A DNA stretch of 64,000 nucleotides, taken from NCBI GenBank assembly GCA_024572335.1, contig GCA_024572335.1_3052.1. One strand, given 5' to 3'. The position numbers and the translations under genes were made by a program. The notes beneath the pieces are model-generated. The model was not told the origin of the DNA, did no database searches, and saw only the letters and a program-made list of their open reading frames with translations. The stretch is from a phage. The stretch's first letter is position 1, and each line of letters opens with the position of its first letter. Below, piece by piece: positions 36,332-48,274 of the stretch.

Positions 36332-36922
36332 ATGCTCTTTACATTTTTTGATCCGATTGAATATGCGGCCAAAACGGTGAATAAAAACGCGCCGACTATT
36401 CCTATGACAGATATTTTTAGAAACTATAAAGACTATTTTAAACGCGCTCTTGCGGGATACCGCTTACGTACTTATTATATCAAAGGTTCACCACGCCCGG
36501 AAGAATTAGCAAATACTATATATGGAAATCCACAGTTGTATTGGGTTTTATTGATGTGTAATGATAATTATGATCCATATTATGGATGGATTACTTCGCA
36601 AGAAGCTGCTTATCAAGCATCTATACAAAAATACAAAAACGTAGGTGGAGACCAAATAGTATATCATGTGAATGAGAACGGTGAAAAATTTTATAATTTA
36701 ATATCATACGATGATAATCCATATGTTTGGTATGACAAAGGTGATAAAGCTAGAAAATATCCTCAATATGAAGGAGCACTTGCTGCGGTCGATACGTATG
36801 AAGCTGCTGTTCTTGAAAATGAAAAACTTCGTCAAATAAAAATAATAGCAAAATCAGACATTAATTCATTTATGAACGACCTTATACGTATAATGGAGAA
36901 ATCTTATGGAAATGATAAGTAA
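36332..36922 (+). CDS. 53: baseplate wedge protein gp53
   Basis: 196 aa; plus-strand TATAAATA at 36296-36303; precedes gp5. Confidence 0.8.
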   Translation: MLFTFFDPIEYAAKTVNKNAPTIPMTDIFRNYKDYFKRALAGYRLRTYYIKGSPRPEELANTIYGNPQLYWVLLMCNDNYDPYYGWITSQEAAYQASIQKYKNVGGDQIVYHVNENGEKFYNLISYDDNPYVWYDKGDKARKYPQYEGALAAVDTYEAAVLENEKLRQIKIIAKSDINSFMNDLIRIMEKSYGNDK

Positions 36923-38633
36923 TAACCTTAATTGGTTTGTTGGTGTTGTTGAAGATAGAATGGACCCATTAAAATTAGGTCGTGTTCGTGTTCGTGTTGT
37001 TGGTCTGCATCCACCTCAAAGAGCACAAGGTGATGTAATGGGTATTCCAACTGAAAAATTACCATGGATGTCAGTTATTCAACCTATAACTTCTGCAGCG
37101 ATGTCAGGAATTGGAGGTTCTGTTACAGGGCCAGTAGAAGGAACTAGAGTTTATGGTCATTTTTTAGACAAATGGAAAACTAATGGAATTGTCCTTGGCA
37201 CGTATGGTGGAATAGTTCGCGAAAAACCGAATAGACTTGAAGGATTTTCTGATCCAACTGGGCAATATCCTAGACGTTTAGGAAATGATACGAACGTATT
37301 AAACCAAGGCGGAGAAGTAGGATATGATTCCTCTTCTAACGTTATTCAAGATAGTAACTTAGACACCGCAATAAATCCCGATGATAGACCACTATCAGAG
37401 ATTCCAACCGATGATAATCCAAATATGTCAATGGCTGAAATGCTTCGCCGTGATGAAGGATTAAGATTAAAAGTTTATTGGGATACCGAAGGATATCCGA
37501 CAATTGGTATTGGTCATCTTATCATGAAGCAGCCAGTTCGTGATATGGCTCAAATTAATAAAGTTTTATCAAAACAAGTTGGTCGTGAAATTACAGGAAA
37601 TCCAGGTTCTATTACAATGGAAGAGGCGACGACTTTATTTGAGCGTGATTTGGCTGATATGCAACGTGACATTAAATCACATTCTAAAGTAGGACCAGTC
37701 TGGCAAGCTGTCAACCGTTCTCGTCAAATGGCGTTAGAAAATATGGCATTTCAGATGGGTGTTGGTGGTGTAGCTAAATTTAACACAATGTTAACTGCTA
37801 TGTTAGCAGGAGATTGGGAAAAAGCGTATAAAGCCGGTCGTGATTCATTGTGGTATCAACAAACAAAGGGTCGTGCATCCCGTGTTACCATGATTATTCT
37901 TACGGGAAATTTGGAATCATATGGTGTTGAAGTGAAAACACCAGCTAGGTCTTTATCTGCAATGGCTGCTACTGTAGCTAAATCTTCTGACCCTGCTGAT
38001 CCTCCTATTCCAAATGACTCGAGAATTTTATTCAAAGAACCAGTTTCTTCATATAAAGGTGAGTATCCTTATGTGCATACGATGGAAACTGAAAGTGGAC
38101 ATATCCAAGAATTTGATGATACCCCTGGGCAAGAACGATACAGATTAGTTCATCCAACTGGAACTTATGAAGAAGTATCACCGTCAGGAAGAAGAACAAG
38201 AAAAACTGTTGATAATTTGTATGATATAACAAATGCTGATGGTAATTTTTTGGTAGCCGGTGATAAAAAGACTAACGTCGGTGGATCAGAAATTTATTAC
38301 AACATGGATAATCGTTTACATCAAATCGATGGAAGCAATACAATATTTGTACGTGGCGATGAAACTAAGACGGTTGAAGGTAATGGAACTATCCTAGTTA
38401 AAGGTAATGTTACTATTGTAGTTGAAGGTAATGCTGACATTACAGTTAAAGGAGATGCTACCACTTTAGTTGAAGGTAATCAAACTAATACAGTAAATGG
38501 AAATCTTTCTTGGAAAGTTGCTGGGACAGTTGATTGGGACGTTGGTGGTGATTGGACAGAAAAAATGGCATCTATGAGTTCTATTTCATCTGGTCAATAC
38601 ACAATTGATGGATCGAGGATTGACATTGGCTAA
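36906..38633 (+). CDS. 5: baseplate hub/tail lysozyme gp5
   Basis: 575 aa; internal lysozyme domain (MAEMLRRDEGLRLKVYWDTEGYPTIGIGHL, paralogous to gene e) and C-terminal VEGN beta-helix repeats. Confidence 0.93.
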   Translation: MEMISNNLNWFVGVVEDRMDPLKLGRVRVRVVGLHPPQRAQGDVMGIPTEKLPWMSVIQPITSAAMSGIGGSVTGPVEGTRVYGHFLDKWKTNGIVLGTYGGIVREKPNRLEGFSDPTGQYPRRLGNDTNVLNQGGEVGYDSSSNVIQDSNLDTAINPDDRPLSEIPTDDNPNMSMAEMLRRDEGLRLKVYWDTEGYPTIGIGHLIMKQPVRDMAQINKVLSKQVGREITGNPGSITMEEATTLFERDLADMQRDIKSHSKVGPVWQAVNRSRQMALENMAFQMGVGGVAKFNTMLTAMLAGDWEKAYKAGRDSLWYQQTKGRASRVTMIILTGNLESYGVEVKTPARSLSAMAATVAKSSDPADPPIPNDSRILFKEPVSSYKGEYPYVHTMETESGHIQEFDDTPGQERYRLVHPTGTYEEVSPSGRRTRKTVDNLYDITNADGNFLVAGDKKTNVGGSEIYYNMDNRLHQIDGSNTIFVRGDETKTVEGNGTILVKGNVTIVVEGNADITVKGDATTLVEGNQTNTVNGNLSWKVAGTVDWDVGGDWTEKMASMSSISSGQYTIDGSRIDIG

Positions 38634-39162
38634 TATACTTCCAATGAGCGCTGATTTAGGAGAATCCATGGAAGGTTCTTCTATCGACGTCACCTTTACC
38701 GCTCAATTAGAAACAGGTGAAACGTTAGTATCTATAAATATAACTAGTTACGAAGAAACTCCTGGGGTTTTAGTAGAAGAAAATCGCTTATATGGAACAT
38801 ATGAATCTGTGTTTGGATTTGGAGATGACGCGTTGAAATATCGTTTAGGCGATGAATTTAAAACTGCTGCTTCATGGGAAGAACTTCCTACTGATTCTGA
38901 TACTCAGTTGTATTTGTGGAAAGCTCCTCAAAATCTCCAGAAGACATTCACTTACGAAGTAACATTAATATATGACTACCAAGAACAAAGTGAATCTGGA
39001 GGTTCTGGCAGTAATTCTAGGTCATCTTCTGATACTACTGAACCGACGGATCCTCCTGCTCCAGTAAGAAAAACTCTCGTTAAAAATTATACTAAAACTA
39101 TAGTTGGAAATTGGAGTCGTTGGGCTAATAAATTGAGAAGCTATGTGTATGAGAGGCCATAA
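38605..39162 (+). CDS. hypothetical protein between genes 5 and 5.4 (5.1-like); start uncertain
   Basis: ORF; TTG/ATG start candidates at 38605/38608/38644. Confidence 0.5.
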
Positions 39163-39456
39163 ATGTCAGGATTAAGTTATGATAAGTGTGTTACTGCTGG
39201 CCATGAAGCGTGGCCTCCAACAGTTGTGAATGCTACACAAAGTAAAGTATTCACTGGAGGAATTGCTGTTCTAGTAGCAGGCGATCCAATTACAGAACAT
39301 ACAGAAATTAAAAAGCCATATGAAACACATGGCGGAGTGACACAACCTAGAACATCTAAGGTATATGTCACGGGAAAGAAAGCTGTTCAAATGGCTGATC
39401 CAATATCATGCGGTGATACTGTGGCTCAGGCATCATCTAAAGTATTCATTAAATAG
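39163..39456 (+). CDS. 5.4: PAAR-repeat spike tip protein gp5.4
   Basis: 97 aa; PAAR-like architecture, position directly before gene 6. Confidence 0.8.
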
Positions 39457-39464
39457 GATTTAAA

Positions 39465-41447
39465 ATGGCAAATACCCCTGTAAATTATCAATTAACAAGA
39501 ACAGCAAATGCTATTCCCGAGATATTCGTCGGGGGTACGTTTGCTGAAATAAAACAAAACCTCATTGAATGGCTTAATGGCCAAAATGAATTTTTGGATT
39601 ATGATTTTGAAGGCTCAAGATTAAACGTTCTGTGTGACCTTTTAGCTTATAATACATTATACATTCAGCAGTTTGGTAATGCTGCTGTGTATGAAAGCTT
39701 TATGCGTACTGCTAACTTACGAAGTTCAGTTGTTCAAGCTGCACAAGATAACGGATATTTACCTACTTCAAAATCCGCTGCGCAGACCGAAATTATGTTA
39801 ACATGCACCGACGCATTGAATAGGAATTACATTACTATTCCTCGCGGAACTCGCTTTTTAGCATATGCAAAGGATACTTCTGTTAATCCTTATAACTTTG
39901 TATCTACCGAAGATGTTATTGCTATTCGTGATAAAAATAACCAATATTTTCCACGATTGAAATTGGCCCAGGGACGTATAGTAAGAACTGAAATCATTTA
40001 TGATAAATTAACACCTATTATCATTTATGATAAAAATATTGATAGAAACCAGGTTAAATTATATGTTGATGGAGCGGAATGGATTAACTGGACGAGAAAG
40101 TCAATGGTTCATGCTGGTTCAACATCAACGATTTACTATATGCGTGAAACTATTGATGGAAACACTGAATTCTATTTTGGCGAAGGTGAAATTTCTGTTA
40201 ATGCTTCTGAAGGAGCTTTGACCGCTAATTATATCGGAGGTCTTAAACCTACCCAGAACTCTACGATTGTTATTGAGTACATCAGTACTAACGGTGCAGA
40301 TGCGAATGGCGCAGTCGGATTTTCATATGCAGATACATTAACAAATATAACTGTCATCAATATTAATGAAAATCCAAACGATGACCCAGATTTTGTTGGT
40401 GCTGATGGTGGTGGTGATCCAGAAGATATTGAACGTATTCGTGAATTGGGTACTATTAAGCGTGAAACTCAGCAGCGATGTGTAACTGCGACAGATTATG
40501 ATACATTTGTCTCAGAAAGATTTGGTTCTATTATTCAAGCTGTTCAAACTTTCACTGATTCTACTAAACCTGGGTATGCATTCATTGCTGCCAAACCTAA
40601 ATCAGGTCTGTATTTAACTACCGTACAGCGTGAAGATATTAAAAATTATCTCAAAGACTATAATTTAGCTCCTATTACGCCATCAATTATTTCTCCTAAT
40701 TATCTTTTTATTAAGACTAATTTAAAAGTCACATATGCTTTAAATAAACTGCAAGAATCCGAGCAATGGCTTGAAGGTCAAATAATTGATAAAATTGATC
40801 GCTATTATACAGAAGATGTAGAAATTTTTAACTCATCTTTCGCTAAATCTAAGATGTTGACATATGTAGATGATGCAGATCATTCTGTCATTGGTTCATC
40901 AGCGACTATTCAAATGGTTCGTGAAGTACAAAACTTCTATAAAACGCCTGAAGCGGGTATTAAATACAATAATCAAATAAAAGATCGTTCTATGGAATCT
41001 AATACGTTTTCATTTAATTCTGGACGAAAGGTTGTAAATCCTGATACTGGTTTAGAAGAAGATGTATTATATGACGTTCATATAGTATCAACAGACCGAG
41101 ATTCTAAAGGAATTGGCAAAGTTATTATTGGTCCATTTGCTTCTGGCGATGTTACAGAAAATGAAAACATTCAGCCATATACAGGCAATGATTTTAATAA
41201 ATTAGCAAGTTCCGATGGACGTGACAAATACTATGTTATCGGTGAAATAAATTATCCAGCTGACATGATTTATTGGAATATCGCTAAAATTAATTTAACA
41301 TCCGATAAATTTGAGGTTCAGACTATTGAGCTATATTCTGATCCAATAGACGATGTTATTTTCACGCGCGATGGTTCACTGATTGTATTTGAAAATGATT
41401 TACGTCCACAATACTTAACTATCGATTTGGAGCCTATATCACAATGA
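39465..41447 (+). CDS. 6: baseplate wedge protein gp6
   Basis: 660 aa, same length as T4 gp6; synteny. Confidence 0.9.
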   Translation: MANTPVNYQLTRTANAIPEIFVGGTFAEIKQNLIEWLNGQNEFLDYDFEGSRLNVLCDLLAYNTLYIQQFGNAAVYESFMRTANLRSSVVQAAQDNGYLPTSKSAAQTEIMLTCTDALNRNYITIPRGTRFLAYAKDTSVNPYNFVSTEDVIAIRDKNNQYFPRLKLAQGRIVRTEIIYDKLTPIIIYDKNIDRNQVKLYVDGAEWINWTRKSMVHAGSTSTIYYMRETIDGNTEFYFGEGEISVNASEGALTANYIGGLKPTQNSTIVIEYISTNGADANGAVGFSYADTLTNITVININENPNDDPDFVGADGGGDPEDIERIRELGTIKRETQQRCVTATDYDTFVSERFGSIIQAVQTFTDSTKPGYAFIAAKPKSGLYLTTVQREDIKNYLKDYNLAPITPSIISPNYLFIKTNLKVTYALNKLQESEQWLEGQIIDKIDRYYTEDVEIFNSSFAKSKMLTYVDDADHSVIGSSATIQMVREVQNFYKTPEAGIKYNNQIKDRSMESNTFSFNSGRKVVNPDTGLEEDVLYDVHIVSTDRDSKGIGKVIIGPFASGDVTENENIQPYTGNDFNKLASSDGRDKYYVIGEINYPADMIYWNIAKINLTSDKFEVQTIELYSDPIDDVIFTRDGSLIVFENDLRPQYLTIDLEPISQ

Positions 41448-44400
41448 CAGTAAAAGCACCTTCAGTCACTAGTCTCAGAATTTCCAAGTTATCCGCAAAT
41501 CAGGTGCAAGTACGCTGGGATGACGTTGGTGCTAATTTCTACTATTTTGTAGAAATCGCTGAGACAAAAACAAACTCGGGAGAAAATCTCCCGAGCAATC
41601 AATACAGATGGATTAACTTAGGATATACTGCAAATAACAGCTTCTTTTTTGATAATGCTAATCCATTAACATCGTACATTATTAGAGTAGCTACAGCTGC
41701 GCAGGATTTTGAGCAGTCTGATTGGATTTATACTGAAGAGTTTGAAACTTTTGCTACGAATGCTTACACATTTCAAAACATGATTGAAATGCAATTAGCC
41801 AATAAATTCATTCAGGAAAAGTTTACTCTTAACAATTCTAATTATGTCAATTTTAATAATGACACTATAATGGCTGCATTGATGAATGAATCGTTCCAAT
41901 TCAGCCCATCATATGTTGATGTTTCATCAATCAGTAATTTTATTATTGGTGAAAATGAGTATCATGAAATACAAGGTTCCATTCAGCAAGTATGTAAGGA
42001 TATTAACCGAGTTTATTTGATGGAATCAGAAGGGATTCTATATCTTTTTGAGCGTTATCAACCCGTGGTTAAAGTATCTAATGATAAAGGACAAACCTGG
42101 AAAGCTGTAAAGCTCTTCAATGACCGTGTAGGATATCCTTTATCTAAGACAGTATATTACCAATCTGCGAACACTACATACGTTCTAGGATACGACAAGA
42201 TTTTCTATGGCCGCAAATCTACTGATGTTAGATGGTCAGCTGATGATGTCAGATTCAGTTCACAGGATATAACATTCGCTAAACTTGGCGACCAATTACA
42301 TTTAGGATTTGATGTAGAAATTTTTGCCACTTATGCGACTTTACCAGCGAATGTATACCGCATTGCAGAAGCTATTACTTGCACCGATGATTACATTTAC
42401 GTTGTCGCCAGAGACAAAGTTAGATACATAAAAACGAGTAATGCACCTATAGATTCTGATCCATTATCTCCAACATATTCGGAAAGACTTTTTGAACCTG
42501 ATACCATGACTATAACCGGAAATCCTAAAGCAGTATGCTATAAAATGGATTCTGTTGGTGATAAAGTTTTTGCTCTTATTATTGGTGAAGTTGAAACATT
42601 AAATGCCAATCCTAGAACATCAAAAATAATTGATTCTGCTGATAAAGGAATATATGTTTTAAACCATGATACGAAAACGTGGAAAAGAGTTTTCGGTAAT
42701 ACCGAAGAAGAAAGAAGACGTATTCAACCCGGATATGCGAATATGTCAACTGACGGTAAATTAGTTTCTCTATCTTCGAGTAATTTTAAATTTTTAAGTG
42801 ATAACATTGTTAATGACCCTGAAACTGTGGTGAAATATCAGTTAATCGGTGCTGTTAAATATGAATTTCCTCGTGAATGGTTAGCTGATAAGCATTATCA
42901 TATGATGGCATTTATAGCGGATGAAAAATCTGATTGGGAGACTTTTACTCCTCAACCAATGAAATACTACGCAGAACCGTTCTTTAACTGGTCTAAAAAA
43001 TCTAACACACGATGTTGGATAAACAACTCTGATAGAGCTGTAGTAGTTTATGCTGATTTAAAATACACTAAAGTTATAGAAAATATTCCAGAAACATCAC
43101 CAGATAGATTAGTTCATGAATACTGGGATGATGGTGATTGCACGATAGTAATGCCAAATGTTAAATTCACCGGATTTAAAAAATACGCATCAGGAATGCT
43201 TTTCTACAAATCTTCTGGCGAAATAATTTCTTATTATGATTTTAACTATCGTGTGAGAGATACAGTAGAAATTATTTGGAAGCCAACTGAAGTATTTTTA
43301 AAAGCATTTTTACAAAACCAAGAGCGCGAAACTCCTTGGTCACCAGAAGAAGAACGTGGATTAGCTGACCCTGATTTAAGACCATTAATTGGCACAATGA
43401 TGCCTGATTCTTACTTGTTACAAGATTCTAATTTTGAGGCATTTTGTGAAGCATATATTCAATATCTTTCTGACGGATATGGAACTCAGTATAACAATTT
43501 ACGAAATTTAATTCGTAACCAATATCCACGAGAAGAGCATGCGTGGGAATATTTGTGGTCAGAGATATATAAAAGAAACATTTATTTAAATGCTGATAAA
43601 CGTGATGCTGTTGCGAGATTCTTTGAATCACGTAGCTATGATTTTTATTCTACTAAAGGAATTGAAGCATCATACAAGTTTCTTTTTAAAGTTCTTTATA
43701 ATGAAGAAGTTGAAATTGAAATTGAATCTGGGGCCGGTACTGAATATGACATAATCGTTCAATCTGATTCTTTGACTGAAGATTTAGTAGGACAAACGAT
43801 TTATACGGCAACAGGAAGATGTAATGTTACTTATATAGAAAGAAGCTATTCTAATGGTAAATTGCAATGGACCGTAACTATTCATAATCTTTTAGGACGA
43901 TTAATTGCTGGTCAAGAAGTTAAAGCAGAAAGACTCCCTGGTTTTGAAGGCGAAATTATTCGTGGGGTTAAAGGAAAGGATTTGCTTCAAAACAATATAG
44001 ACTATATTAATAGAAGTAGATCATACTATGTAATGAAAATTAAATCCAATTTACCTTCTTCCCGTTGGAAATCTGACGTTATTCGTTTTGTTCATCCAGT
44101 AGGATTTGGATTTATAGCAATTACCCTTTTAACGATGTTTATTAATGTTGGTTTAACTCTTAAACACACAGAGACTATAATTAATAAATACAAAAACTAT
44201 AAATGGGATTCTGGATTGCCTACTGAATATGCTGATAGAGTAGCTAAATTAACTCCAACCGGTGAAATTGAGCATGATTCAGTAACAGGCGAAGCAATTT
44301 ATGAGCCTGGCCCAATGGCTGGTGTAGAATATCCTCTTCCTGATGACTATAATGCTGAAAATAATAATTCAATATTTCAAGGTCAATTGCCGTCTGAACG

Positions 44401-44542
44401 ACGTAAATTAATGAGTCCTTTATTTGATGCATCTGGAACAACATTTGCGCAATTTAGAGATTTAGTTAATAAACGTCTAAAAGATAATATAGGAAATCCA
44501 AGAGACCCTGAAAATCCAACACAGGTTAAAATAGATGAATGA
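41444..44542 (+). CDS. 7: baseplate wedge initiator gp7
   Basis: 1032 aa, same length as T4 gp7; overlapping stop/start with 6 and 8. Confidence 0.9.
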   Translation: MTVKAPSVTSLRISKLSANQVQVRWDDVGANFYYFVEIAETKTNSGENLPSNQYRWINLGYTANNSFFFDNANPLTSYIIRVATAAQDFEQSDWIYTEEFETFATNAYTFQNMIEMQLANKFIQEKFTLNNSNYVNFNNDTIMAALMNESFQFSPSYVDVSSISNFIIGENEYHEIQGSIQQVCKDINRVYLMESEGILYLFERYQPVVKVSNDKGQTWKAVKLFNDRVGYPLSKTVYYQSANTTYVLGYDKIFYGRKSTDVRWSADDVRFSSQDITFAKLGDQLHLGFDVEIFATYATLPANVYRIAEAITCTDDYIYVVARDKVRYIKTSNAPIDSDPLSPTYSERLFEPDTMTITGNPKAVCYKMDSVGDKVFALIIGEVETLNANPRTSKIIDSADKGIYVLNHDTKTWKRVFGNTEEERRRIQPGYANMSTDGKLVSLSSSNFKFLSDNIVNDPETVVKYQLIGAVKYEFPREWLADKHYHMMAFIADEKSDWETFTPQPMKYYAEPFFNWSKKSNTRCWINNSDRAVVVYADLKYTKVIENIPETSPDRLVHEYWDDGDCTIVMPNVKFTGFKKYASGMLFYKSSGEIISYYDFNYRVRDTVEIIWKPTEVFLKAFLQNQERETPWSPEEERGLADPDLRPLIGTMMPDSYLLQDSNFEAFCEAYIQYLSDGYGTQYNNLRNLIRNQYPREEHAWEYLWSEIYKRNIYLNADKRDAVARFFESRSYDFYSTKGIEASYKFLFKVLYNEEVEIEIESGAGTEYDIIVQSDSLTEDLVGQTIYTATGRCNVTYIERSYSNGKLQWTVTIHNLLGRLIAGQEVKAERLPGFEGEIIRGVKGKDLLQNNIDYINRSRSYYVMKIKSNLPSSRWKSDVIRFVHPVGFGFIAITLLTMFINVGLTLKHTETIINKYKNYKWDSGLPTEYADRVAKLTPTGEIEHDSVTGEAIYEPGPMAGVEYPLPDDYNAENNNSIFQGQLPSERRKLMSPLFDASGTTFAQFRDLVNKRLKDNIGNPRDPENPTQVKIDE

Positions 44543-45539
44543 TTCAAGTGTTATCTATCGTGCGATAGTTACTTCAAAATTTAGAACAGAAAAAATGTTG
44601 AATTTTTATAATTCAATTGGAAGTGGTCCGGATAAAAACACTATCTTTATCACATTTGGAAGATCAGAACCGTGGTCATCAAATGAAAATGAGGTGGGCT
44701 TTGCCCCACCTTATCCAACTGATTCTGTATTAGGCGTAACTGACATGTGGACGCATATGATGGGAACAGTAAAGGTTCTTCCATCAATGCTTGATGCTGT
44801 TATTCCTCGTCGAGATTGGGGAGATACTAGATATCCGGATCCATACACATTTAGAATTAACGATATTGTAGTGTGTAACTCAGCTCCTTACAATGCTACT
44901 GAATCAGGCGCAGGCTGGTTAGTATATCGTTGTTTAGATGTTCCTGATACTGGAATGTGTTCAATAACATCTTTAACTGATAAGGATGAATGCCTCAAAT
45001 TAGGTGGAAAATGGACACCTTCTGTTAGGTCAATGACTCCGCCTGAAGGCCGAGGAGATGCTGAAGGAACAATTGAACCCGGAGACGGGTATGTGTGGGA
45101 ATATCTTTTTGAGATTCCGCCTGATGTATCTATAAATAGATGCACGAATGAATATATCGTGGTTCCTTGGCCTGAGGAATTAAAAGAAGACCCGACTAGA
45201 TGGGGGTATGAAGATAATCTCACTTGGCAACAAGATGATTTTGGATTAATTTACCGTGTTAAGGCAAATACTATCCGTTTTAAAGCATATTTAGATTCAG
45301 TTTATTTTCCTGAAGCTGCATTGCCGGGAAATAAAGGATTTAGACAAATATCAATAATTACGAATCCTCTTGAAGCTAAAGCTCATCCAAATGACCCAAA
45401 CGTTAAAGCTGAAAAGGATTATTATGACCCAGAAGATTTAATGAGGCATTCGGGTGAAATGATTTATATGGAAAATAGGCCACCTATTATTATGGCAATG
45501 GATCAAACAGAAGAAATCAATATTCTGTTTACATTTTAA
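44535..45539 (+). CDS. 8: baseplate wedge protein gp8
   Basis: 334 aa; followed by terminator hairpin 45545-45570. Confidence 0.9.
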   Translation: MNDSSVIYRAIVTSKFRTEKMLNFYNSIGSGPDKNTIFITFGRSEPWSSNENEVGFAPPYPTDSVLGVTDMWTHMMGTVKVLPSMLDAVIPRRDWGDTRYPDPYTFRINDIVVCNSAPYNATESGAGWLVYRCLDVPDTGMCSITSLTDKDECLKLGGKWTPSVRSMTPPEGRGDAEGTIEPGDGYVWEYLFEIPPDVSINRCTNEYIVVPWPEELKEDPTRWGYEDNLTWQQDDFGLIYRVKANTIRFKAYLDSVYFPEAALPGNKGFRQISIITNPLEAKAHPNDPNVKAEKDYYDPEDLMRHSGEMIYMENRPPIIMAMDQTEEINILFTF

Positions 45540-45544
45540 ATTAA

Positions 45545-45570
45545 GGGAGCCCATGGGCTCCCTTTTTCTT
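45545..45570 (+). terminator. intrinsic terminator after gene 8
   Basis: GGGAGCCC-AUG-GGCUCCC followed by UUUUUCUU. Confidence 0.6.
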
Positions 45571-45578
45571 TATAAATA
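45571..45578 (+). promoter_or_regulatory. late promoter for gene 9
   Basis: TATAAATA. Confidence 0.6.
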
Positions 45579-45602
45579 CTATAAACTCATAAGGAAACCG
45601 CT

Positions 45603-46469
45603 ATGTTCATTCAAGAACCAAAGAAATTGATTGATACCGGCGAAATTGGTAACGCTTCTACTGGTGATATCTTATTCGACGGTGGTAATAAAATTAATAG
45701 TGATTTTAACGCAATTTATAATGCGTTTGGCGATCAGCGTAAAATGGCAGTAGCAAATGGCACCGGAGCTGATGGTCAAATTATCCATGCTACTGGATAT
45801 TATCAAAAACACTCTATTGCTGAGTATGCAACTCCAGTAAAAGTTGGCACTAGACATGATATTGATACCTCTACTGTAGGTGTTAAAGTTATCATTGAAA
45901 GAGGAGAACTTGGCGATTGTGTTGAATTCATTAATTCTAATGGATCAATATCAGTTACTAATCCTTTAACGATTCAGGCTATTGATTCAATTAAAGGTGT
46001 TTCAGGTAATTTGGTAGTAACTACTCCATATAGTAAAGTTACTTTACGCTGTATTTCATCTGATAATTCTACGTCGGTTTGGAATTATTCTATTGAAAGC
46101 ATGTTTGGTCAAAAGGAATCACCAGTTGAAGGTACGTGGAATATTTCTACATCTGGATCAGTTGACATTCCATTGTTTCATCGCACTGAATATAACATGG
46201 CTAAATTGTTAGTTACATGCCAGTCAGCAGATGGAAGAAAAATTAAAACAGCAGAAATAAATATTCTTGTGGATATTGTTAATTCAGAGGTCATTTCTTC
46301 TGAATATGCTGTCATGCGAGTTGGGAATGAAACCGAAGAAGACGAAATCGCTAATATTGCATTTAGTATTAAAGAAAATTATGTAACGGCGACTATAAGT
46401 TCTTCAACTGTCGGTATGAGAGCAGCAGTTAAAGTTATCGCTACGCAGAAAATCGGGGTGGCTCAATAA
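45603..46469 (+). CDS. 9: baseplate wedge/long-tail-fibre socket protein gp9
   Basis: 288 aa; late promoter 45571-45578. Confidence 0.9.
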   Translation: MFIQEPKKLIDTGEIGNASTGDILFDGGNKINSDFNAIYNAFGDQRKMAVANGTGADGQIIHATGYYQKHSIAEYATPVKVGTRHDIDTSTVGVKVIIERGELGDCVEFINSNGSISVTNPLTIQAIDSIKGVSGNLVVTTPYSKVTLRCISSDNSTSVWNYSIESMFGQKESPVEGTWNISTSGSVDIPLFHRTEYNMAKLLVTCQSADGRKIKTAEINILVDIVNSEVISSEYAVMRVGNETEEDEIANIAFSIKENYVTATISSSTVGMRAAVKVIATQKIGVAQ

Positions 46470-48274
46470 TGAAACAAAATATTAATATCGGTAATGTTGT
46501 AGATGATGGTACCGGTGACTACCTGCGTAAAGGTGGTATAAAAATAAATGAAAACTTTGATGAGCTTTATTACGAGCTTGGTGACGGTGATGTTCCATAT
46601 TCAGCTGGTGCCTGGAAAACTTATAATGCTTCATCAGGACAAACATTAGCAGCAGAATGGGGAAAATCATATGCCATTAACACTTCATCTGGAAGAGTAA
46701 CTCTACAACTTCCTAAAGGAACAGTTAATGATTATAATAAAGTAATTAAAGCTAGGGATGTATTTGCAACATGGAATGTTAATCCAGTTACTCTAGTAGC
46801 CGCTTCTGGTGATACTATTAAAGGATCATCGTCATCAGTTGAAATTAATGTTCAATTTAGCGATTTAGAGTTAGTTTATTGTGCTCCAGGACGTTGGGAA
46901 TATGTCAAAAACAAACAAATTGACAAAATTATTAGTTCAGATATTAGTAATGTAGCACGTAAAGAATTTTTAGTCGAAGTTCAAGGACAAACAGACTTTT
47001 TAGATGTTTTCCGTGGAACTAGCTATAATGTTAATAACATCCGAGTAAAACACCGCGGTAATGAATTATATTACGGCGATGTATTTAGTGAAAACAGTGA
47101 CTTTGGCTCTCCTGGGGAAAATGAAGGAGAATTGATTCCTCTTGATGGATTTAATATTAGGTTAAGACAGCCTTGTAATATTGGTGACACTGTTCAAATT
47201 GAAACATTTATGGATGGTGTATCACAATGGAGAAGTTCATATACAAGACGCCAAATAAAAGTATTAGATTCAAAATTAACGTCAAAAACTTCTTTAGAAG
47301 GAAGTATTTACGTTACTGATTTATCAACAATGAAATCAATTCCATTCTCTGCATTTGGATTAATTCCTGGAGAACCTATTAATCCTAATTCTCTTGAAGT
47401 TCGTTTTAATGGAATTTTACAACAACAAGCTGGAACAGCCGGATATCCTCTGTTTTTGTGTGAAGGTGCTAATTCAGATACGCAAGCAGGATGTATATCT
47501 CTTGGTGGTGAATGGAAAGAATCGAATACAGATTATTCTATAGAATATGAAGATGGAAAACCTGTCAGTCTTTTATTTGATAGAAAATTTGAATCTGGCG
47601 ATATAATCGTTATAACATGGTTCAATAATGATTTAGGAACTCTTTTAGAAAAAGATGACATTATTGAATTAACTGATGACCGTTATGTTAGTAAAGGATC
47701 ATCTACTGAAGTTACTGGTGATGTAGCCTTAACAGATTTTGATAAAATCGGTTGGCCAAATGTTGAAAAAGTTGATTCTTATACTAGAACGTATAATTCA
47801 ATATCATCTATTTTCGACAGCATTTATCCTGTTGGTTCAATTTATGAAAATGCTATAAACCCAAATAATCCGGTGACTTATATGGGATTTGGTTCATGGA
47901 AATTATTTGGTAAAGGGCAGGTTTTAGTAGGATGGAATGATGATGTCACAGATCCAAACTTTGCATTAAACAATAATGATTTAGATTCTAGCGGAAATCC
48001 TTCACATACCGCCGGCGGAACAGTTGGTACAACATCAGTAACGCTTGAAAACGCAAATCTTCCTGCGACTAAAACCGATGAAAGAGTTTTAATTGAAGAC
48101 GAAAATGGATCAGTTATTATTGGAGGATGTCAATATGACCCAGACGAAACTGGTCCTATATATACAAAATATCGTGAAGACTACGCAACAACAAACTCTT
48201 CACATACTCCTCCTGCTAATATTAGTAATATTCAACCGTCTATTACTGTATACCGTTGGATAAGGATTGCATAA
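46469..48274 (+). CDS. 10: baseplate wedge protein gp10
   Basis: 601 aa; TAATG overlap with gene 11. Confidence 0.9.
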   Translation: MKQNINIGNVVDDGTGDYLRKGGIKINENFDELYYELGDGDVPYSAGAWKTYNASSGQTLAAEWGKSYAINTSSGRVTLQLPKGTVNDYNKVIKARDVFATWNVNPVTLVAASGDTIKGSSSSVEINVQFSDLELVYCAPGRWEYVKNKQIDKIISSDISNVARKEFLVEVQGQTDFLDVFRGTSYNVNNIRVKHRGNELYYGDVFSENSDFGSPGENEGELIPLDGFNIRLRQPCNIGDTVQIETFMDGVSQWRSSYTRRQIKVLDSKLTSKTSLEGSIYVTDLSTMKSIPFSAFGLIPGEPINPNSLEVRFNGILQQQAGTAGYPLFLCEGANSDTQAGCISLGGEWKESNTDYSIEYEDGKPVSLLFDRKFESGDIIVITWFNNDLGTLLEKDDIIELTDDRYVSKGSSTEVTGDVALTDFDKIGWPNVEKVDSYTRTYNSISSIFDSIYPVGSIYENAINPNNPVTYMGFGSWKLFGKGQVLVGWNDDVTDPNFALNNNDLDSSGNPSHTAGGTVGTTSVTLENANLPATKTDERVLIEDENGSVIIGGCQYDPDETGPIYTKYREDYATTNSSHTPPANISNIQPSITVYRWIRIA